The notes beneath the pieces were generated by a model, which saw only the letters and a list, made by a program, of their open reading frames with translations, did no database searches and had not been told where the DNA came from. A program made the translations under genes and the position numbers. Below are positions 13,566-25,700 of a stretch of 35,822 nt of DNA, in pieces (within the stretch, counting starts at the first letter, position 1; each line of letters opens with the position of its first letter). Origin of the DNA: a virus (lineage: Duplodnaviria; Heunggongvirae; Uroviricota; Caudoviricetes); IMG/VR virus record IMGVR_UViG_2681813232_000002, one strand, 5' to 3'.

Positions 13566-16137
13566 ACCGGTAGGCGATCTGGTCGTTGATTTAAGTCTGG
13601 ATGCGGCCAGATTTGACGAGCAGATGGCCAGAGTCAGGCGTCATTTTTCCGGTACGGAAACTGATGCGAAAAAAACAGCGGCAGTCGTTGAACAGTCGCT
13701 GAGCCGACAGGCGCTGGCTGCACAGAAAGCGGGGATTTCCGTCGGGCAGTATAAAGCCGCCATGCGTATGCTGCCTGCACAGTTCACCGACGTGGCCACG
13801 CAGCTTGCAGGCGGGCAAAGTCCGTGGCTGATCCTGCTGCAACAGGGTGGTCAGGTTAAGGACTCCTTCGGCGGGATGATCCCCATGTTCAGGGGGCTTG
13901 CCGGTGCGATCACCCTGCCGATGGTGGGGGCCACCTCGCTGGCGGTGGCGACCGGTGCGCTGGCGTATGCCTGGTATCAGGGCAACTCAACCCTGTCCGA
14001 TTTCAACAAAACGCTGGTCCTTTCCGGCAATCAGGCGGGACTGACGGCAGATCGTATTCTGGCCCTGTCCAGAGCCGGGCAGGCGGCAGGGCTGACGTTT
14101 AACCAGACCAGCGAGTCACTGACGGCGCTGGTGAATGCCGGTGTGCGTGGTGGTGAGCAGTTTGAGGCGATCAGCCAGAGTGTGGCGCGTTTCTCCTCTG
14201 CATCCGGCGTGGAGGTGGACAAGGTCGCTGAAGCCTTCGGGAAGCTGACCACAGACCCGACGTCGGGACTGACAGCGATGGCACGTCAGTTCCATAACGT
14301 GACGGCGGAGCAGATTGCGTATGTTGCTCAGTTGCAGCGTTCCGGAGATGAAGCCGGGGCATTGCAGGCGGCGAACGAGGCCGCAACGAAAGGGTTTGAT
14401 GACCAGACCCGCCGCCTGAAAGAGAACATGGGCACGCTGGAGACCTGGGCAGACAGGACAGCACGGGCATTCAAATCCATGTGGGATTCGGTGCTGGATA
14501 TTGGTCGCCCGGACACTGCCCAGGGAATGCTGGAGAAAGCAGAAAAGGCTTTTGATGAGGCGGACAAAAAATGGCAGTGGTATCAGAGCCGGAGCCACCG
14601 GCGCGGTAAAACCTCAGCATTTCTTGCCAATCTCCGGGGAGCATGGGAGGACAGAGCGAATGCGCAACTTGGGCTTTCAGCCGCCACGTTGCAGGCCGAT
14701 CTTGAAAAGGCCAGAGAGATGGCAGCAAAGGACTGGGCCGAGTCTGAGGCATCACGGCTGAAATATACCGAAGAGGCGCAGAAGGCTTACGAACGCCTGC
14801 AGACGCCGCTGGAGAAATATACCGCCCGTCAGGAAGAACTGAACAAGGCACTGAAAGACGGGAAAATCCTGCAGGCAGATTACAACACGCTGATGGCGGC
14901 GGCGAAAAAGGATTATGAAGCGACGCTGAAAAAGCCGAAACAGTCCGGCGTGAAAGTGTCTGCGGGCGATCGTCAGGAAGACAGTGCTCATGCTGCCCTG
15001 CTGACGCTTCAGGCTGAACTCCGGACGCTGGAGAAGCATGCCGGAGCAAATGAGAAAATCAGCCAGCAGCGCCGGGATTTGTGGAAGGCGGAGAGTCAGT
15101 TCGCGGTACTGGAGGAGGCGGCGCAACGTCGCCAGCTGTCCGCACAGGAGAAATCCCTGCTGGCGCATAAAGATGAGACGCTGGAGTACAAACGCCAGCT
15201 GGCTGCACTTGGCGACAAGGTTACGTATCAGGAGCGCCTGAACGCGCTGGCGCAGCAGGCGGATAAATTCGCACAGCAGCAACGGGCAAAACGGGCAGCC
15301 ATTGAGGCGAAAAACCGGGGGCTGACTGACCGGCAGGCAGCGCGGGACGCCACGGAACAGCGCCTGAAGGAACAGTATGGCGATAATCCTCTGGCGCTGA
15401 ATAACGTCATGTCAGAGCAGAAAAAGACCTGGGCGGCTGAAGACCAGCTTCGCGGGAGCTGGATGGCAGGCCTCAAGTCTGGCTGGAGTGGGTGGGAAGA
15501 GAGCGCCACGGACAGTATGTCGCAGGTTAAAAGTGCTGCCACGCAGACCTTTGATGGTATTGCACAGAATATGGCGGCGATGCTGACCGGCAGTGAGCAG
15601 AACTGGCGCAGCTTCACCCGTTCCGTGCTGTCCATGATGACAGAAATTCTGCTTAAGCAGGCAATGGTGGGGATTGTCGGGAGTATCGGCAGCGCCATTG
15701 GCGGTGTTGCCAGTAGTGGCGCATCAGCGTCAGGTGGTACAGCCATTCAGGCCGCTGCGGCGAAATTCCATTTTGCGACCGGGGGATTTACGGGAACCGG
15801 CGGCAAATATGAGCCTGCGGGGATTGTTCACCGTGGTGAATTTGTCTTCACGAAGGAGGCAACCAGCCGGATTGGTGTCGGCAACCTGTACCGCCTGATG
15901 CGGGGCTATGCGGAAGGTGGTTATGTGGGCGGTGCCGGAAGTCCGGCGCAGATGCGGCGGGCTGAAGGCATTAATTTTAATCAGAACAATCACGTGGTGA
16001 TTCAGAACGACGGTACGAATGGTCTGCCAGGTCCACAGATGATGAAGGCAGTGTATGACATGGCCCGCAAGGGTGCCCGTGATGAAATTCAGACACAGAT
16101 GCGTGATGGTGGCCTGTTCTCCGGAGGTGGACGATGA
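13558..16137 (+). CDS. H: Tail tape measure protein H
   Basis: 859 aa, MAEPVGDLVVDLSLDAARFDEQMARVRRHF...; lambda gpH-like. Slightly longer than the 853 aa I recall for lambda. Confidence 0.95.
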   Translation: MAEPVGDLVVDLSLDAARFDEQMARVRRHFSGTETDAKKTAAVVEQSLSRQALAAQKAGISVGQYKAAMRMLPAQFTDVATQLAGGQSPWLILLQQGGQVKDSFGGMIPMFRGLAGAITLPMVGATSLAVATGALAYAWYQGNSTLSDFNKTLVLSGNQAGLTADRILALSRAGQAAGLTFNQTSESLTALVNAGVRGGEQFEAISQSVARFSSASGVEVDKVAEAFGKLTTDPTSGLTAMARQFHNVTAEQIAYVAQLQRSGDEAGALQAANEAATKGFDDQTRRLKENMGTLETWADRTARAFKSMWDSVLDIGRPDTAQGMLEKAEKAFDEADKKWQWYQSRSHRRGKTSAFLANLRGAWEDRANAQLGLSAATLQADLEKAREMAAKDWAESEASRLKYTEEAQKAYERLQTPLEKYTARQEELNKALKDGKILQADYNTLMAAAKKDYEATLKKPKQSGVKVSAGDRQEDSAHAALLTLQAELRTLEKHAGANEKISQQRRDLWKAESQFAVLEEAAQRRQLSAQEKSLLAHKDETLEYKRQLAALGDKVTYQERLNALAQQADKFAQQQRAKRAAIEAKNRGLTDRQAARDATEQRLKEQYGDNPLALNNVMSEQKKTWAAEDQLRGSWMAGLKSGWSGWEESATDSMSQVKSAATQTFDGIAQNMAAMLTGSEQNWRSFTRSVLSMMTEILLKQAMVGIVGSIGSAIGGVASSGASASGGTAIQAAAAKFHFATGGFTGTGGKYEPAGIVHRGEFVFTKEATSRIGVGNLYRLMRGYAEGGYVGGAGSPAQMRRAEGINFNQNNHVVIQNDGTNGLPGPQMMKAVYDMARKGARDEIQTQMRDGGLFSGGGR

Positions 16138-16463
16138 AAACCTTCCGCTGGAAAGTGAAACCCGGTATGGATGTGGCTTCGGCCCCTTCTGTAAGAAAGG
16201 TGCGCTTTGGTGATGGCTATTCCCAGCGAGCGCCTGCCGGGCTGAATGCCAACCTGAAAACGTACAGCGTGACGCTTTCTGTCCCCCGTGAGGAGGCCAC
16301 GGTACTGGAGTCGTTTCTGGAAGAGCACGGGGGCTGGAAAGCCTTTCTGTGGACGCCGCCTTATGAGTGGCGGCAGATAAAGGTGACCTGCGCAAAATGG
16401 TCGTCGCGGGTCAGTATGCTGCGTGTTGAGTTCAGCGCAGAGTTTGAACAGGTGGTGAACTGA
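16134..16463 (+). CDS. M: Tail tip protein M
   Basis: 109 aa, MKTFRWKVKPGMDVAS...; matches recalled lambda gpM. Confidence 0.95.
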   Translation: MKTFRWKVKPGMDVASAPSVRKVRFGDGYSQRAPAGLNANLKTYSVTLSVPREEATVLESFLEEHGGWKAFLWTPPYEWRQIKVTCAKWSSRVSMLRVEFSAEFEQVVN

Positions 16464-17161
16464 TGCAGGATATCCGGCAGGAAACACTGAATGAATGCAC
16501 CCGTGCGGAGCAGTCGGCCAGCGTGGTGCTCTGGGAAATCGACCTGACAGAGGTCGGTGGAGAACGTTATTTTTTCTGTAATGAGCAGAACGAAAAAGGT
16601 GAGCCGGTCACCTGGCAGGGGCGACAGTATCAGCCGTATCCCATTCAGGGGAGTGGTTTTGAACTGAATGGCAAAGGCACCAGTACGCGCCCCACGCTGA
16701 CGGTTTCTAACCTGTACGGTATGGTCACCGGGATGGCGGAAGATCTGCAGAGTCTGGTCGGCGGAACGGTGGTCCGGCGTAAGGTTTACGCCCGTTTTCT
16801 GGATGCGGTGAACTTCGTTAACGGAAACAGTGACGCCGATCCGGAGCAGGAGGTGATCAGCCGCTGGCGCATCGAGCAGTGCAGCGAACTGAGCGCGGTG
16901 AGTGCCTCCTTTGTACTGTCCACGCCGACGGAAACAGATGGCGCTGTTTTTCCGGGACGTATCATGCTGGCCAACACCTGCACCTGGACCTATCGCGGCG
17001 ATGAGTGCGGTTATCACGGTCCGGCGGTCGCGGATGAATATGACCAGCCAACGTCCGATATCACGAAGGATAAATGCAGCAAATGCCTGAGCGGTTGTAA
17101 GTTCCGCAATAACGTCGGCAACTTTGGCGGCTTCCTTTCCATTAACAAACTTTCGCAGTAA
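16463..17161 (+). CDS. L: Tail tip protein L
   Basis: 232 aa, MQDIRQETLNECTRAEQSASVVLWEIDL...; matches recalled lambda gpL. Confidence 0.95.
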   Translation: MQDIRQETLNECTRAEQSASVVLWEIDLTEVGGERYFFCNEQNEKGEPVTWQGRQYQPYPIQGSGFELNGKGTSTRPTLTVSNLYGMVTGMAEDLQSLVGGTVVRRKVYARFLDAVNFVNGNSDADPEQEVISRWRIEQCSELSAVSASFVLSTPTETDGAVFPGRIMLANTCTWTYRGDECGYHGPAVADEYDQPTSDITKDKCSKCLSGCKFRNNVGNFGGFLSINKLSQ

Positions 17162-17166
17162 ATCCC

Positions 17167-17910
17167 ATGACACAGACAGAATCAGCGATTCTGGCGCACG
17201 CCCGGCGATGTGCGCCAGCGGAGTCGTGCGGCTTCGTGGTGAGAGCGCCGGAGGGGGAAAGATATTTTCCCGGCGTGAATATTTCCGGTGAGCCGGAGGA
17301 TTATTTCCGGATGGCTCCGGAGGACTGGCTGCAGGCAGAAATGCAGGGTGAGATTGTGGCGCTGGTCCACAGCCACCCCGGTGGTCTGCCCTGGCTGAGT
17401 GAGGCTGACCGGCGGCTGCAGGTGCAGAGTGATTTGCCGTGGTGGCTGGTCTGCCGGGGGGCGATTCATAAGTTCCGCTGTGTGCCGCATCTCACCGGGC
17501 GGCGCTTTGAGCACGGGGTGACGGACTGTTACACGCTGTTCCGGGATGCTTATCATCTGGCGGGGATTGAGATGCCGGATTTTCATCGCGAGGATGACTG
17601 GTGGCGTCACGGTCAGAATCTCTATCTGGATAATCTGGAGGCCACAGGGCTGTATCAGGTGCCGTTGTCAGCGGCGCAGCCGGGCGATGTGCTGCTGTGC
17701 TGTTTTGGTTCATCGGTGCCGAATCATGCCGCCATTTACTGTGGTGACGGTGAGCTGCTGCACCATATTCCTGAACAACTGAGTAAACGAGAGAGGTACA
17801 CCGACAAATGGCAGCGACGCACACACTCCCTCTGGCGTCACCGGGCATGGCACGCATCTGCCTTTACGGGGATTTGCAACGATTTGGCCGCCGCATCGAC
17901 CTTCGTGTGA
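17167..17910 (+). CDS. K: Tail tip assembly protein K (JAMM/MPN plus NlpC/P60-like domains)
   Basis: 247-aa ORF starting 5 nt after the L stop. Contains the JAMM-like HSHPGG...SEADR motif. The classical 199-aa lambda K corresponds to the internal Met at residue 49 (17311). Confidence 0.85.
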   Translation: MTQTESAILAHARRCAPAESCGFVVRAPEGERYFPGVNISGEPEDYFRMAPEDWLQAEMQGEIVALVHSHPGGLPWLSEADRRLQVQSDLPWWLVCRGAIHKFRCVPHLTGRRFEHGVTDCYTLFRDAYHLAGIEMPDFHREDDWWRHGQNLYLDNLEATGLYQVPLSAAQPGDVLLCCFGSSVPNHAAIYCGDGELLHHIPEQLSKRERYTDKWQRRTHSLWRHRAWHASAFTGICNDLAAASTFV

Positions 17911-18479
17911 AAACGGGGGCTGAAGCCATCCGCGCACTGGCCACACAGCTCCCGGCGTTTCGTCAGAAACTGAGCGACGGCTGGTATCAGGTACGGATTG
18001 CCGGGCAGGATGTCAGCACGTCCGGATTAACGGCGCAGTTACATGAGACTCTGCCTGATGGCGCTGTGATTCATATTGTTCCCAGAGTCGCCGGGGCCAA
18101 GTCAGGTGGCGTATTCCAGATTGTCCTGGGAGCAGCCGCCATTGCCGGATCATTCTTTACCGCCGGAGCCACCCTTGCAGCATGGGGGGCAGCCATTGGG
18201 GCCGGTGGTATGACCGGCATCCTGTTTTCTCTCGGTGCCAGTATGGTGCTCGGTGGTGTGGCGCAGATGCTGGCACCGAAAGCCAGAACTCCCCGTACAC
18301 AGACAACGGATAACGGCAAACAGAACACCTATTTCTCCTCACTGGATAACATGGTTGCCCAGGGCAATGTTCTGCCTGTTCTGTACGGTGAAATGCGCGT
18401 GGGGTCACGCGTGGTTTCTCAGGAGATCAGCACGGCAGACGAAGGGGATGGTGGTCAGGTTGTGGTGATTGGTCGCTGA
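17808..18479 (+). CDS. I: Tail tip assembly protein I
   Basis: 223 aa, overlaps the 3' end of K as in lambda; ubiquitin-like N-terminus and glycine-rich hydrophobic segment. Confidence 0.9.
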   Translation: MAATHTLPLASPGMARICLYGDLQRFGRRIDLRVKTGAEAIRALATQLPAFRQKLSDGWYQVRIAGQDVSTSGLTAQLHETLPDGAVIHIVPRVAGAKSGGVFQIVLGAAAIAGSFFTAGATLAAWGAAIGAGGMTGILFSLGASMVLGGVAQMLAPKARTPRTQTTDNGKQNTYFSSLDNMVAQGNVLPVLYGEMRVGSRVVSQEISTADEGDGGQVVVIGR

Positions 18480-18539
18480 TGCAAAATGTTTTATGTGAAA
18501 CCGCCTGCGGGCGGTTTTGTCGTTTATGGAGCGTGAGGA

Positions 18540-21500
18540 ATGGGTAAAGGCAGCAGTAAGGGGCATACCCCGCGCGAAGCGAAGGACAACCTGAAGTCCA
18601 CGCAGCTGCTGAGTGTGATCGATGCCATCAGCGAAGGGCCGGTTGAAGGTCCGGTGGATGGATTAAAAAGCGTGCTGCTGAACAGTACGCCGGTGCTGGA
18701 CAGTGAGGGGAATACCAATATATCCGGCGTCACGGTGGTGTTCCGGGCAGGTGAGCAGGAGCAGTCACCGCCGGAGGGATTTGAATCCTCCGGCTCCGAG
18801 ACGGTGCTGGGTACGGAAGTGAAATATGACACGCCGATCACCCGCACCATTACGTCGGCAAACATTGACCGTCTGCGCTTTACCTTCGGTGTACAGGCAC
18901 TGGTGGAAACCACCTCAAAGGGTGACAGGAATCCGTCGGAAGTCCGTCTGCTGGTTCAGATACAGCGTAATGGTGGCTGGGTGACGGAAAAAGACATCAC
19001 CATTAAGGGCAAAACCACCTCGCAGTATCTGGCCTCGGTGGTGGTGGGTAACCTGCCGCCGCGCCCGTTCAATATACGGATGCGCAGGATGACGCCGGAC
19101 AGCACCACAGACCAGCTGCAGAACAAAACGCTCTGGTCGTCATACACCGAAATCATCGATGTGAAACAGTGCTACCCGAACACGGCACTGGTCGGCGTGC
19201 AGGTGGACTCGGAGCAGTTCGGCAGCCAGCAGGTGAGCCGTAATTATCATCTTCGCGGACGCATTCTGCAGGTGCCGTCGAACTATAACCCGCAGACGCG
19301 GCAATACAGCGGTATCTGGGACGGAACGTTTAAGCCAGCATACAGCAACAACATGGCCTGGTGTCTGTGGGATATGCTGACCCACCCGCGTTACGGCATG
19401 GGTAAACGTCTTGGTGCGGCAGATGTGGATAAATGGGCGCTGTATGTCATCGGCCAGTGTTGCGACCAGTCGGTGCCGGACGGTTTTGGCGGCACGGAGC
19501 CGCGCATCACCTGTAATGCCTGGCTGACCACACAGCGTAAGGTGTGGGATGTTCTCAGTGATTTCTGCTCGGCGATGCGCTGTATGCCGGTATGGAACGG
19601 GCAGACGCTGACGTTCGTGCAGGACCGGCCATCAGATAAGGTGTGGACCTATAACCGCAGTAATGTGGTGATGCCGGATGATGGCGCGCCGTTCCGCTAC
19701 AGCTTCAGCGCCCTGAAGGACCGCCATAATGCCGTTGAGGTGAACTGGATTGACCCGGACAACGGCTGGGAGACGGCGACAGAGCTTGTGGAGGATACGC
19801 AGGCCATTGCCCGTTACGGTCGTAACGTCACGAAGATGGATGCCTTTGGCTGTACCAGCCGGGGGCAGGCACACCGCGCCGGGCTGTGGCTGATTAAAAC
19901 GGAGCTGCTGGAAACGCAGACCGTGGACTTCAGCGTGGGTGCCGAAGGGCTTCGCCATGTACCGGGCGATGTCATTGAAATCTGCGATGATGACTATGCG
20001 GGCATCAGCACCGGTGGGCGCGTGCTGGCGGTGAACAGCCAGACGCGGACACTGACGCTCGACCGTGAAATCACGCTGCCAGCCTCCGGCACCACGCTGA
20101 TAAGCCTGGTTGACGGAAGTGGCAATCCGGTCAGCGTGGAGGTTCAGTCCGTCACCGACGGCGTGAAGGTGAAAGTGAGCCGTGTTCCTGACGGCGTTGC
20201 CGGATACAGCGTGTGGGGGCTGAAGCTGCCGACGCTGCGCCAGCGCCTGTTCCGCTGTGTGAGTATCCGTGAGAACGACGACGGCACGTATGCCATCACC
20301 GCCGTGCAGCATGTGCCGGAAAAAGAGGCCATCGTGGATAACGGAGCGCACTTTGACGGCGACCAGAGCGGCACGGTGAATGGTGTCACGCCGCCAGCAG
20401 TGCAGCATCTGACCGCAGAAGTCACCGCAGACAGCGGGGAATACCAGGTGCTGGCCCGCTGGGACACGCCGAAGGTGGTGAAGGGGGTGAGCTTTATGCT
20501 TCGCCTGACCGTGGCAGCGGATGACGGCAGTGAGCGACTGGTCAGCACGGCCCGGACGACGGAAACCACATACCGCTTCACGCAACTGACGCTGGGAAAC
20601 TACAGGCTGACAGTCCGGGCGGCAAATGCCTGGGGGCAGCAGGGCGATCCGGCATCGGTATCGTTCCGGATTGCCGCACCGGCAGCACCGTCGCGGATTG
20701 AGCTGACGCCGGGCTATTTTCAGATAACCGCAACGCCGCATCTTGCCGTTTATGATTCGACGGTACAGTTTGAGTTCTGGTTCTCGGAAAAGCGGATTGC
20801 GGATATCAGGCAGGTTGAAACCACAGCCCGCTATCTTGGCATGGCGCTGTACTGGATAGCCGCCAGTATCAATATCAAACCGGGCCATGATTATTATTTT
20901 TACGTTCGCAGTGTGAACACCGTTGGCAAATCGGCATTCGTGGAGGCTGTCGGTCAGCCGAGTGATGATGCATCCGGCTATCTGGATTTTTTCAAAGGCG
21001 AGATAGGGAAAACCCATCTGGCTCAGGAGCTGTGGACGCAGATTGATAACGGTCAGCTTGCGCCTGACCTGGCTGAAATCAGGACGTCCATTACGGATGT
21101 CAGCAATGAAATCACGCAGACCGTCAATAAGAAACTGGAAGACCAGAGTGCGGCAATTCAGCAGATACAGAAGGTTCAGGTTGATACAAATAATAACCTG
21201 AACAGCATGTGGGCTGTGAAGCTGCAGCAGATGCAGGACGGACGCCTTTATATCGCGGGTATTGGTGCCGGTATTGAGAACACCCCTGACGGCATGCAGA
21301 GTCAGGTGCTGCTGGCGGCGGACAGGATTGCGATGGTTAATCCTGCGAATGGCAACACAAAACCGATGTTTGTTGGTCAGGGCGATCAGATATTCATGAA
21401 CGACGTGTTCCTGAAACGCCTGACGGCCCCCACCATTACCAGCGGTGGAAATCCACCGGCATTTTCCCTGACACCGGACGGAAAGCTGACCGCTAAAAAT

Positions 21501-22037
21501 GCGGATATCAGTGGCAGTGTGAATGCGAACGCCGGGACGCTCAACAATGTCACGGTAAATGAAAACTGTACGATTAAGGGCATGCTGGAGGCGACTCAGG
21601 TCAGAGGTGACTTCGTTAAAGCTGTATCCAAATCATTTCCGAAACAGGCTGGTACGTGGGGTAACACGGAAACACCAAACGGGACGGTTACAGTCACCAT
21701 CAGCGATGATCATAACTTTGACCGTCAAATCATTATTCCGCCCATTATCTTTAACGGAATAGCGTATAGCGATCCGGGAAGTGGTAATAACCCGGGAGGT
21801 ACAAGATACACGGGTTATGGTTTTGAAGTTCGCAAAAACGGTGTATTAATCGCATCCAGAGAAACTAAAGGGGCCATTCCCGGTAGCTACAGTGCGGTTA
21901 TTGATATGCCGAGTGGCAGGGGAAGCGTCACTCTGGAGTTTAAGGTTTTCCATAAAGGCAATCAGTGGGCAGGTAATATCACCGACTGTACGGTGATTGT
22001 GACCAAAAAAGCTGCTTCCGGCATCAGTATTCGTTGA
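18540..22037 (+). CDS. J: Tail tip / central fibre protein J (host specificity)
   Basis: 1165 aa, [34 protein letters not shown]...; lambda gpJ-like over most of its length, with the C-terminal receptor-binding part diverged (see findings). Confidence 0.95.
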   Translation: MGKGSSKGHTPREAKDNLKSTQLLSVIDAISEGPVEGPVDGLKSVLLNSTPVLDSEGNTNISGVTVVFRAGEQEQSPPEGFESSGSETVLGTEVKYDTPITRTITSANIDRLRFTFGVQALVETTSKGDRNPSEVRLLVQIQRNGGWVTEKDITIKGKTTSQYLASVVVGNLPPRPFNIRMRRMTPDSTTDQLQNKTLWSSYTEIIDVKQCYPNTALVGVQVDSEQFGSQQVSRNYHLRGRILQVPSNYNPQTRQYSGIWDGTFKPAYSNNMAWCLWDMLTHPRYGMGKRLGAADVDKWALYVIGQCCDQSVPDGFGGTEPRITCNAWLTTQRKVWDVLSDFCSAMRCMPVWNGQTLTFVQDRPSDKVWTYNRSNVVMPDDGAPFRYSFSALKDRHNAVEVNWIDPDNGWETATELVEDTQAIARYGRNVTKMDAFGCTSRGQAHRAGLWLIKTELLETQTVDFSVGAEGLRHVPGDVIEICDDDYAGISTGGRVLAVNSQTRTLTLDREITLPASGTTLISLVDGSGNPVSVEVQSVTDGVKVKVSRVPDGVAGYSVWGLKLPTLRQRLFRCVSIRENDDGTYAITAVQHVPEKEAIVDNGAHFDGDQSGTVNGVTPPAVQHLTAEVTADSGEYQVLARWDTPKVVKGVSFMLRLTVAADDGSERLVSTARTTETTYRFTQLTLGNYRLTVRAANAWGQQGDPASVSFRIAAPAAPSRIELTPGYFQITATPHLAVYDSTVQFEFWFSEKRIADIRQVETTARYLGMALYWIAASINIKPGHDYYFYVRSVNTVGKSAFVEAVGQPSDDASGYLDFFKGEIGKTHLAQELWTQIDNGQLAPDLAEIRTSITDVSNEITQTVNKKLEDQSAAIQQIQKVQVDTNNNLNSMWAVKLQQMQDGRLYIAGIGAGIENTPDGMQSQVLLAADRIAMVNPANGNTKPMFVGQGDQIFMNDVFLKRLTAPTITSGGNPPAFSLTPDGKLTAKNADISGSVNANAGTLNNVTVNENCTIKGMLEATQVRGDFVKAVSKSFPKQAGTWGNTETPNGTVTVTISDDHNFDRQIIIPPIIFNGIAYSDPGSGNNPGGTRYTGYGFEVRKNGVLIASRETKGAIPGSYSAVIDMPSGRGSVTLEFKVFHKGNQWAGNITDCTVIVTKKAASGISIR

Positions 22038-22057
22038 AGTTGTTATAACCCATATAA

Positions 22058-22084
22058 GGGCACCAGAAATGGTGCCTTTTTTAT
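22058..22084 (+). terminator. Rho-independent terminator after J
   Basis: GGGCACC-AGAAAT-GGTGCC followed by TTTTTTATT. Confidence 0.6.
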
Positions 22085-22106
22085 TGCAGAAAAGCGAGAG
22101 GTAATT

Positions 22107-22706
22107 ATGCGTAAACTTTATGCCGCCATTTTGTCCGCAGCCATTTGTCTGGCCGTATCCGGTGCGCCTGCATGGGCATCTGAACATCAGTCCACGCTGA
22201 GCGCGGGGTATCTTCATGCCCGGACCAACGTTCCCGGCAGCGATGATCTGAACGGGATTAACGTGAAATACCGTTATGAGTTTACGGACACACTGGGGCT
22301 GGTGACGTCATTCAGCTATGCAGGAGACAAGAATCGCCAGCTTACCCGTTACAGCGATACCCGCTGGCATGAAGATTCCGTTCGTAACCGCTGGTTCAGC
22401 GTAATGGCGGGGCCGTCTGTGCGCGTGAATGAATGGTTCAGCGCGTATGCGATGGCGGGTGTGGCTTACAGCCGTGTGTCGACTTTCTCCGGGGATTATC
22501 TCCGCGTAACTGACAACAAGGGGAAAACGCACGAAGTGCTGACCGGAAGTGATGACGGTCGCCACAGCAACACGTCTCTGGCGTGGGGGGCTGGCGTGCA
22601 GTTTAACCCGACCGAATCCGTGGCCATTGATATTGCTTATGAAGGCTCCGGCAGTGGCGACTGGCGCACTGACGGTTTCATCGTGGGTGTCGGTTATAAA
22701 TTCTGA
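22107..22706 (+). CDS. lom: Lom, outer-membrane beta-barrel protein of the Ail/Lom family
   Basis: 199 aa with signal peptide ([24 protein letters not shown]) and C-terminal ...VGVGYKF; lies after J as in lambda. Confidence 0.9.
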   Translation: MRKLYAAILSAAICLAVSGAPAWASEHQSTLSAGYLHARTNVPGSDDLNGINVKYRYEFTDTLGLVTSFSYAGDKNRQLTRYSDTRWHEDSVRNRWFSVMAGPSVRVNEWFSAYAMAGVAYSRVSTFSGDYLRVTDNKGKTHEVLTGSDDGRHSNTSLAWGAGVQFNPTESVAIDIAYEGSGSGDWRTDGFIVGVGYKF

Positions 22707-22733
22707 TTAGCCAGGTAACACAGTGTTATGACA

Positions 22734-22759
22734 GCCCGCCGGTTCAGGCGGGCTTTTTT
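22734..22759 (+). terminator. Rho-independent terminator after lom
   Basis: GCCCGCC-GGTTCAG-GCGGGC followed by TTTTTT. Confidence 0.65.
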
Positions 22760-22764
22760 GTGAG

Positions 22765-25700
22765 GTGAATATGGCAGTAAAGATTTCAGGTGTACTGAAA
22801 GACGGCGCAGGTAAACCGGTACAGAACTGCACAATCCAGCTGAAAGCAAAACGTAACAGCACCACGGTGGTGGCGAACACGGTGGCCTCAGAAAATCCGG
22901 ATGAAGCCGGGCGTTACAGCATGGACGTTGAGTACGGTCAGTACAGCGTTATTCTGTTGGTGGAAGGATTCCCGCCGTCACATGCCGGGACCATCACCGT
23001 GTATGAAGATTCTCAACCCGGTACGCTGAATGATTTTCTCGGTGCCATGACGGAGGATGATGCCCGTCCGGAGGCACTGCGCCGTTTTGAACTGATGGTG
23101 GAAGAGGTGGCGCGTAACGCGTCCGCAGTGGCGCAGAACACGGCAGCCGCGAAGAAGTCAGCCAGCGATGCCAGCACATCAGCCCGTGAGGCGGCAACCC
23201 GTGCGACTGATGCTGCAGGCTCAGCACGTGCAGCCAGCACGTCAGCCGGACAGGCCGCGTCGTCGGCTCAGTCAGCGTCTTCCAGCGCAGGAACAGCATC
23301 AACAAAGGCCACTGAAGCATCAAAAAGTGCTGCCGCCGCAGAGTCTTCAAAAAGCGCGGCAGCCACCAGTGCAGGTGCAGCGAAAACGTCGGAAATGAAT
23401 GCCGCAGCATCACAAAAATCTGCGGCCACATCTGCATCCACCGCGACCACGAAAGCGTCAGAAGCTGCCACCTCAGCCCGGGATGCGTCGGCTTCAAAAG
23501 TGGCGGCAAAATCATCAGAAACGAGCGCTGCCTCGAGCGCCGGCAGTGCAGCTTCCTCGGCAACGGCGGCAGGAAATTCCGCGAAGGCCGCAAAAACGTC
23601 TGAGACGAATGCGGATAACAGCGCACAGGCGGCAGCAGACTCACAAACTGCATCGGCAAACTCCGCGACAGCAGCCAAAAAATCAGAAACCAACGCGAAA
23701 AATAGTGAGGCAGCAGCAAAGGTCAGCGAAACCAACGCTAAAGCGTCAGAGAACAAGGCGAAAGAATATCTCGACAAGGTCGGGGGACTCGTCAGCCCGA
23801 TGACGCAATACGATTGGCCCGTTGTTACTGGTAATGAGTCTTTTTACATCAAGATCGCGAAACTTTCCGATCCCGGAAGCAACAATTGCCATGTAACGCT
23901 AATGGTTACTAATGCCGGTAACTACGGCTCCCCTTACGGAAACATTGACTTTATCGAGATCTCGGCGCGCGGTCTGCCTTCTTCGCTTACTGCGGATAAT
24001 GTATCCCGTTACCTGAGTATACGCCGCTTAGGGGCAACCGGGCTGACCGATGACAACCAGATGCGTTACGGCCTGGTTAAAGGTGATGGCTTTATTGAGG
24101 TTTGGGCCTTCCAGCGTGCATTTATCAACGGCGCAAAGGTTGCGGTACTGGCGCAGACGGCACGCACGGAATTATACATTCCAGACGGATTTGTTAAGCA
24201 AACCGCCGCGCCTTCTGGATATGTTGAAGGCAACGTTGTAAGGATTTACGACCAGGTAAACAAGCCGACTAAAGCAGATTTGGGTCTTTCTAATGCTATG
24301 CTTACAGGCGCTTTCGGTCTTGGCGGTAGCGGTCTTGTTTTGGATGGTAAAATGACCGATAAGGAACTACTACAAGAGCTAAGGGCGAAAGGTGGGTGTT
24401 TCTGGAGGTCAGGAAAACCAACAGGTAGCGAATCAACAATTTTCAGTCACGGTTCTGGTATATTCTCGCGGTGCGGCGATACGTGGTCAGCTATTAATAT
24501 CGATTACGAAAGCGGTAGAGTAAAGATTTACTCTAGTAACGATAATAGACTCAACAATGGTACTTTTAACATAAATGAGCTATACGGAACCAAATACAAG
24601 CCGTCGAAATCGGATGTTGGACTTAGCAATGTAACGAACGATGCGCAGGTAAAAAAAACCGGCGATATTATGTCAGGTGATCTGTCGATCACTAAAGCAA
24701 CACCTTCACTATACCTGCGTTCAAAAAGTGGAACCGCCCATGTATGGTTCCAAAATGAGGATCAGTCGGAACGCGGCGTTATTTTTGCGCCTACAAATAC
24801 TGATACGCTTGGCGAAGTTCACATCAGGGCTAAAAACGCAAAAGGTCAATCAAGTGGTGATTTTATTGTTCGTCACGACGGGATGGTAGAAGCCCTTAAT
24901 CTAAAAGTAACGAGAAAAATCAATGGAGCCACCGCAGAATTTGCAAACACAAGCACTAACTCCGATGATACCACGGTAAATATCAAAGGATCACAGCATA
25001 CGCCTTTGGTTTTAACGCGCAACAACACAATTAAAAACTTATCCATTGGGTTTAAGGTTGATGATGTTGATCAAAAATACCTGGGTATAGCTGGCGACGG
25101 TGATTTATATTTTGGTAGTTATTCTGACCACACAAAAAACAGCAAAGTGATCACACAAGCAAAACTAGATAGCGGGTTAACGGTAGGAGGTAAAACAACC
25201 TTTTCTGACCTTGCTACATTCAACGCAGGTATATCTGGAGCAATTGAACCTGAAAACATTTCTTCAGAGACTGTCGATCTTAATAATCTGACCATAAAAG
25301 ACACAGATAAAGGATCAGTTAAATACTATCAATGCAGAACTGCCGGAGGTGGTGCAAATATTACCAATAAGCCTGACGGCGTAGGCGGCAACTTTTTGCT
25401 TCGTGTAGAGTCAATTCGTAAGGTTAGTGATTCAGATTATATAAACATGCAAACGCTGATTAGCGGCGACAAAGGACGCGTGTATGTTCGTTTTGTTACT
25501 AATGGTAATTTTACAGCATGGAGCGAGCATGTTGTTTCAGGATGGAATCAGGATGTGACCGTCAGGTCGTTAACCTCGACGACTCCATCAAAATTAGGTG
25601 GCGGGCGGATTGATGTGCTTGGAAGTACGTCAGATTATGGCGAGATGAATTGTACTGTGCGTGGTGTTGATAGCACTGGAACTAATTCGGCGTGGTCTGT

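Noticed and set aside
14031-15746. Multiple minus-strand ORFs of 73 to 192 aa inside H
   Set aside because: Antisense to the tape measure gene in GC-rich sequence; H is near-identical to a known protein, so these are spurious.
19632-21017. 461-aa ORF on the minus strand inside J
   Set aside because: Antisense to a well-supported, conserved structural gene; typical long antisense ORF in GC-rich coding sequence; no RBS and no recognisable protein features.
22994-23803. Several overlapping ORFs on both strands (for example 22994-23719 -, 23268-23777 -, 23399-23803 +) inside the stf repeat region
   Set aside because: Artefacts of the Ala/Ser codon repeats (GCn/TCn runs are open in several frames); the sense-frame stf gene explains the region.
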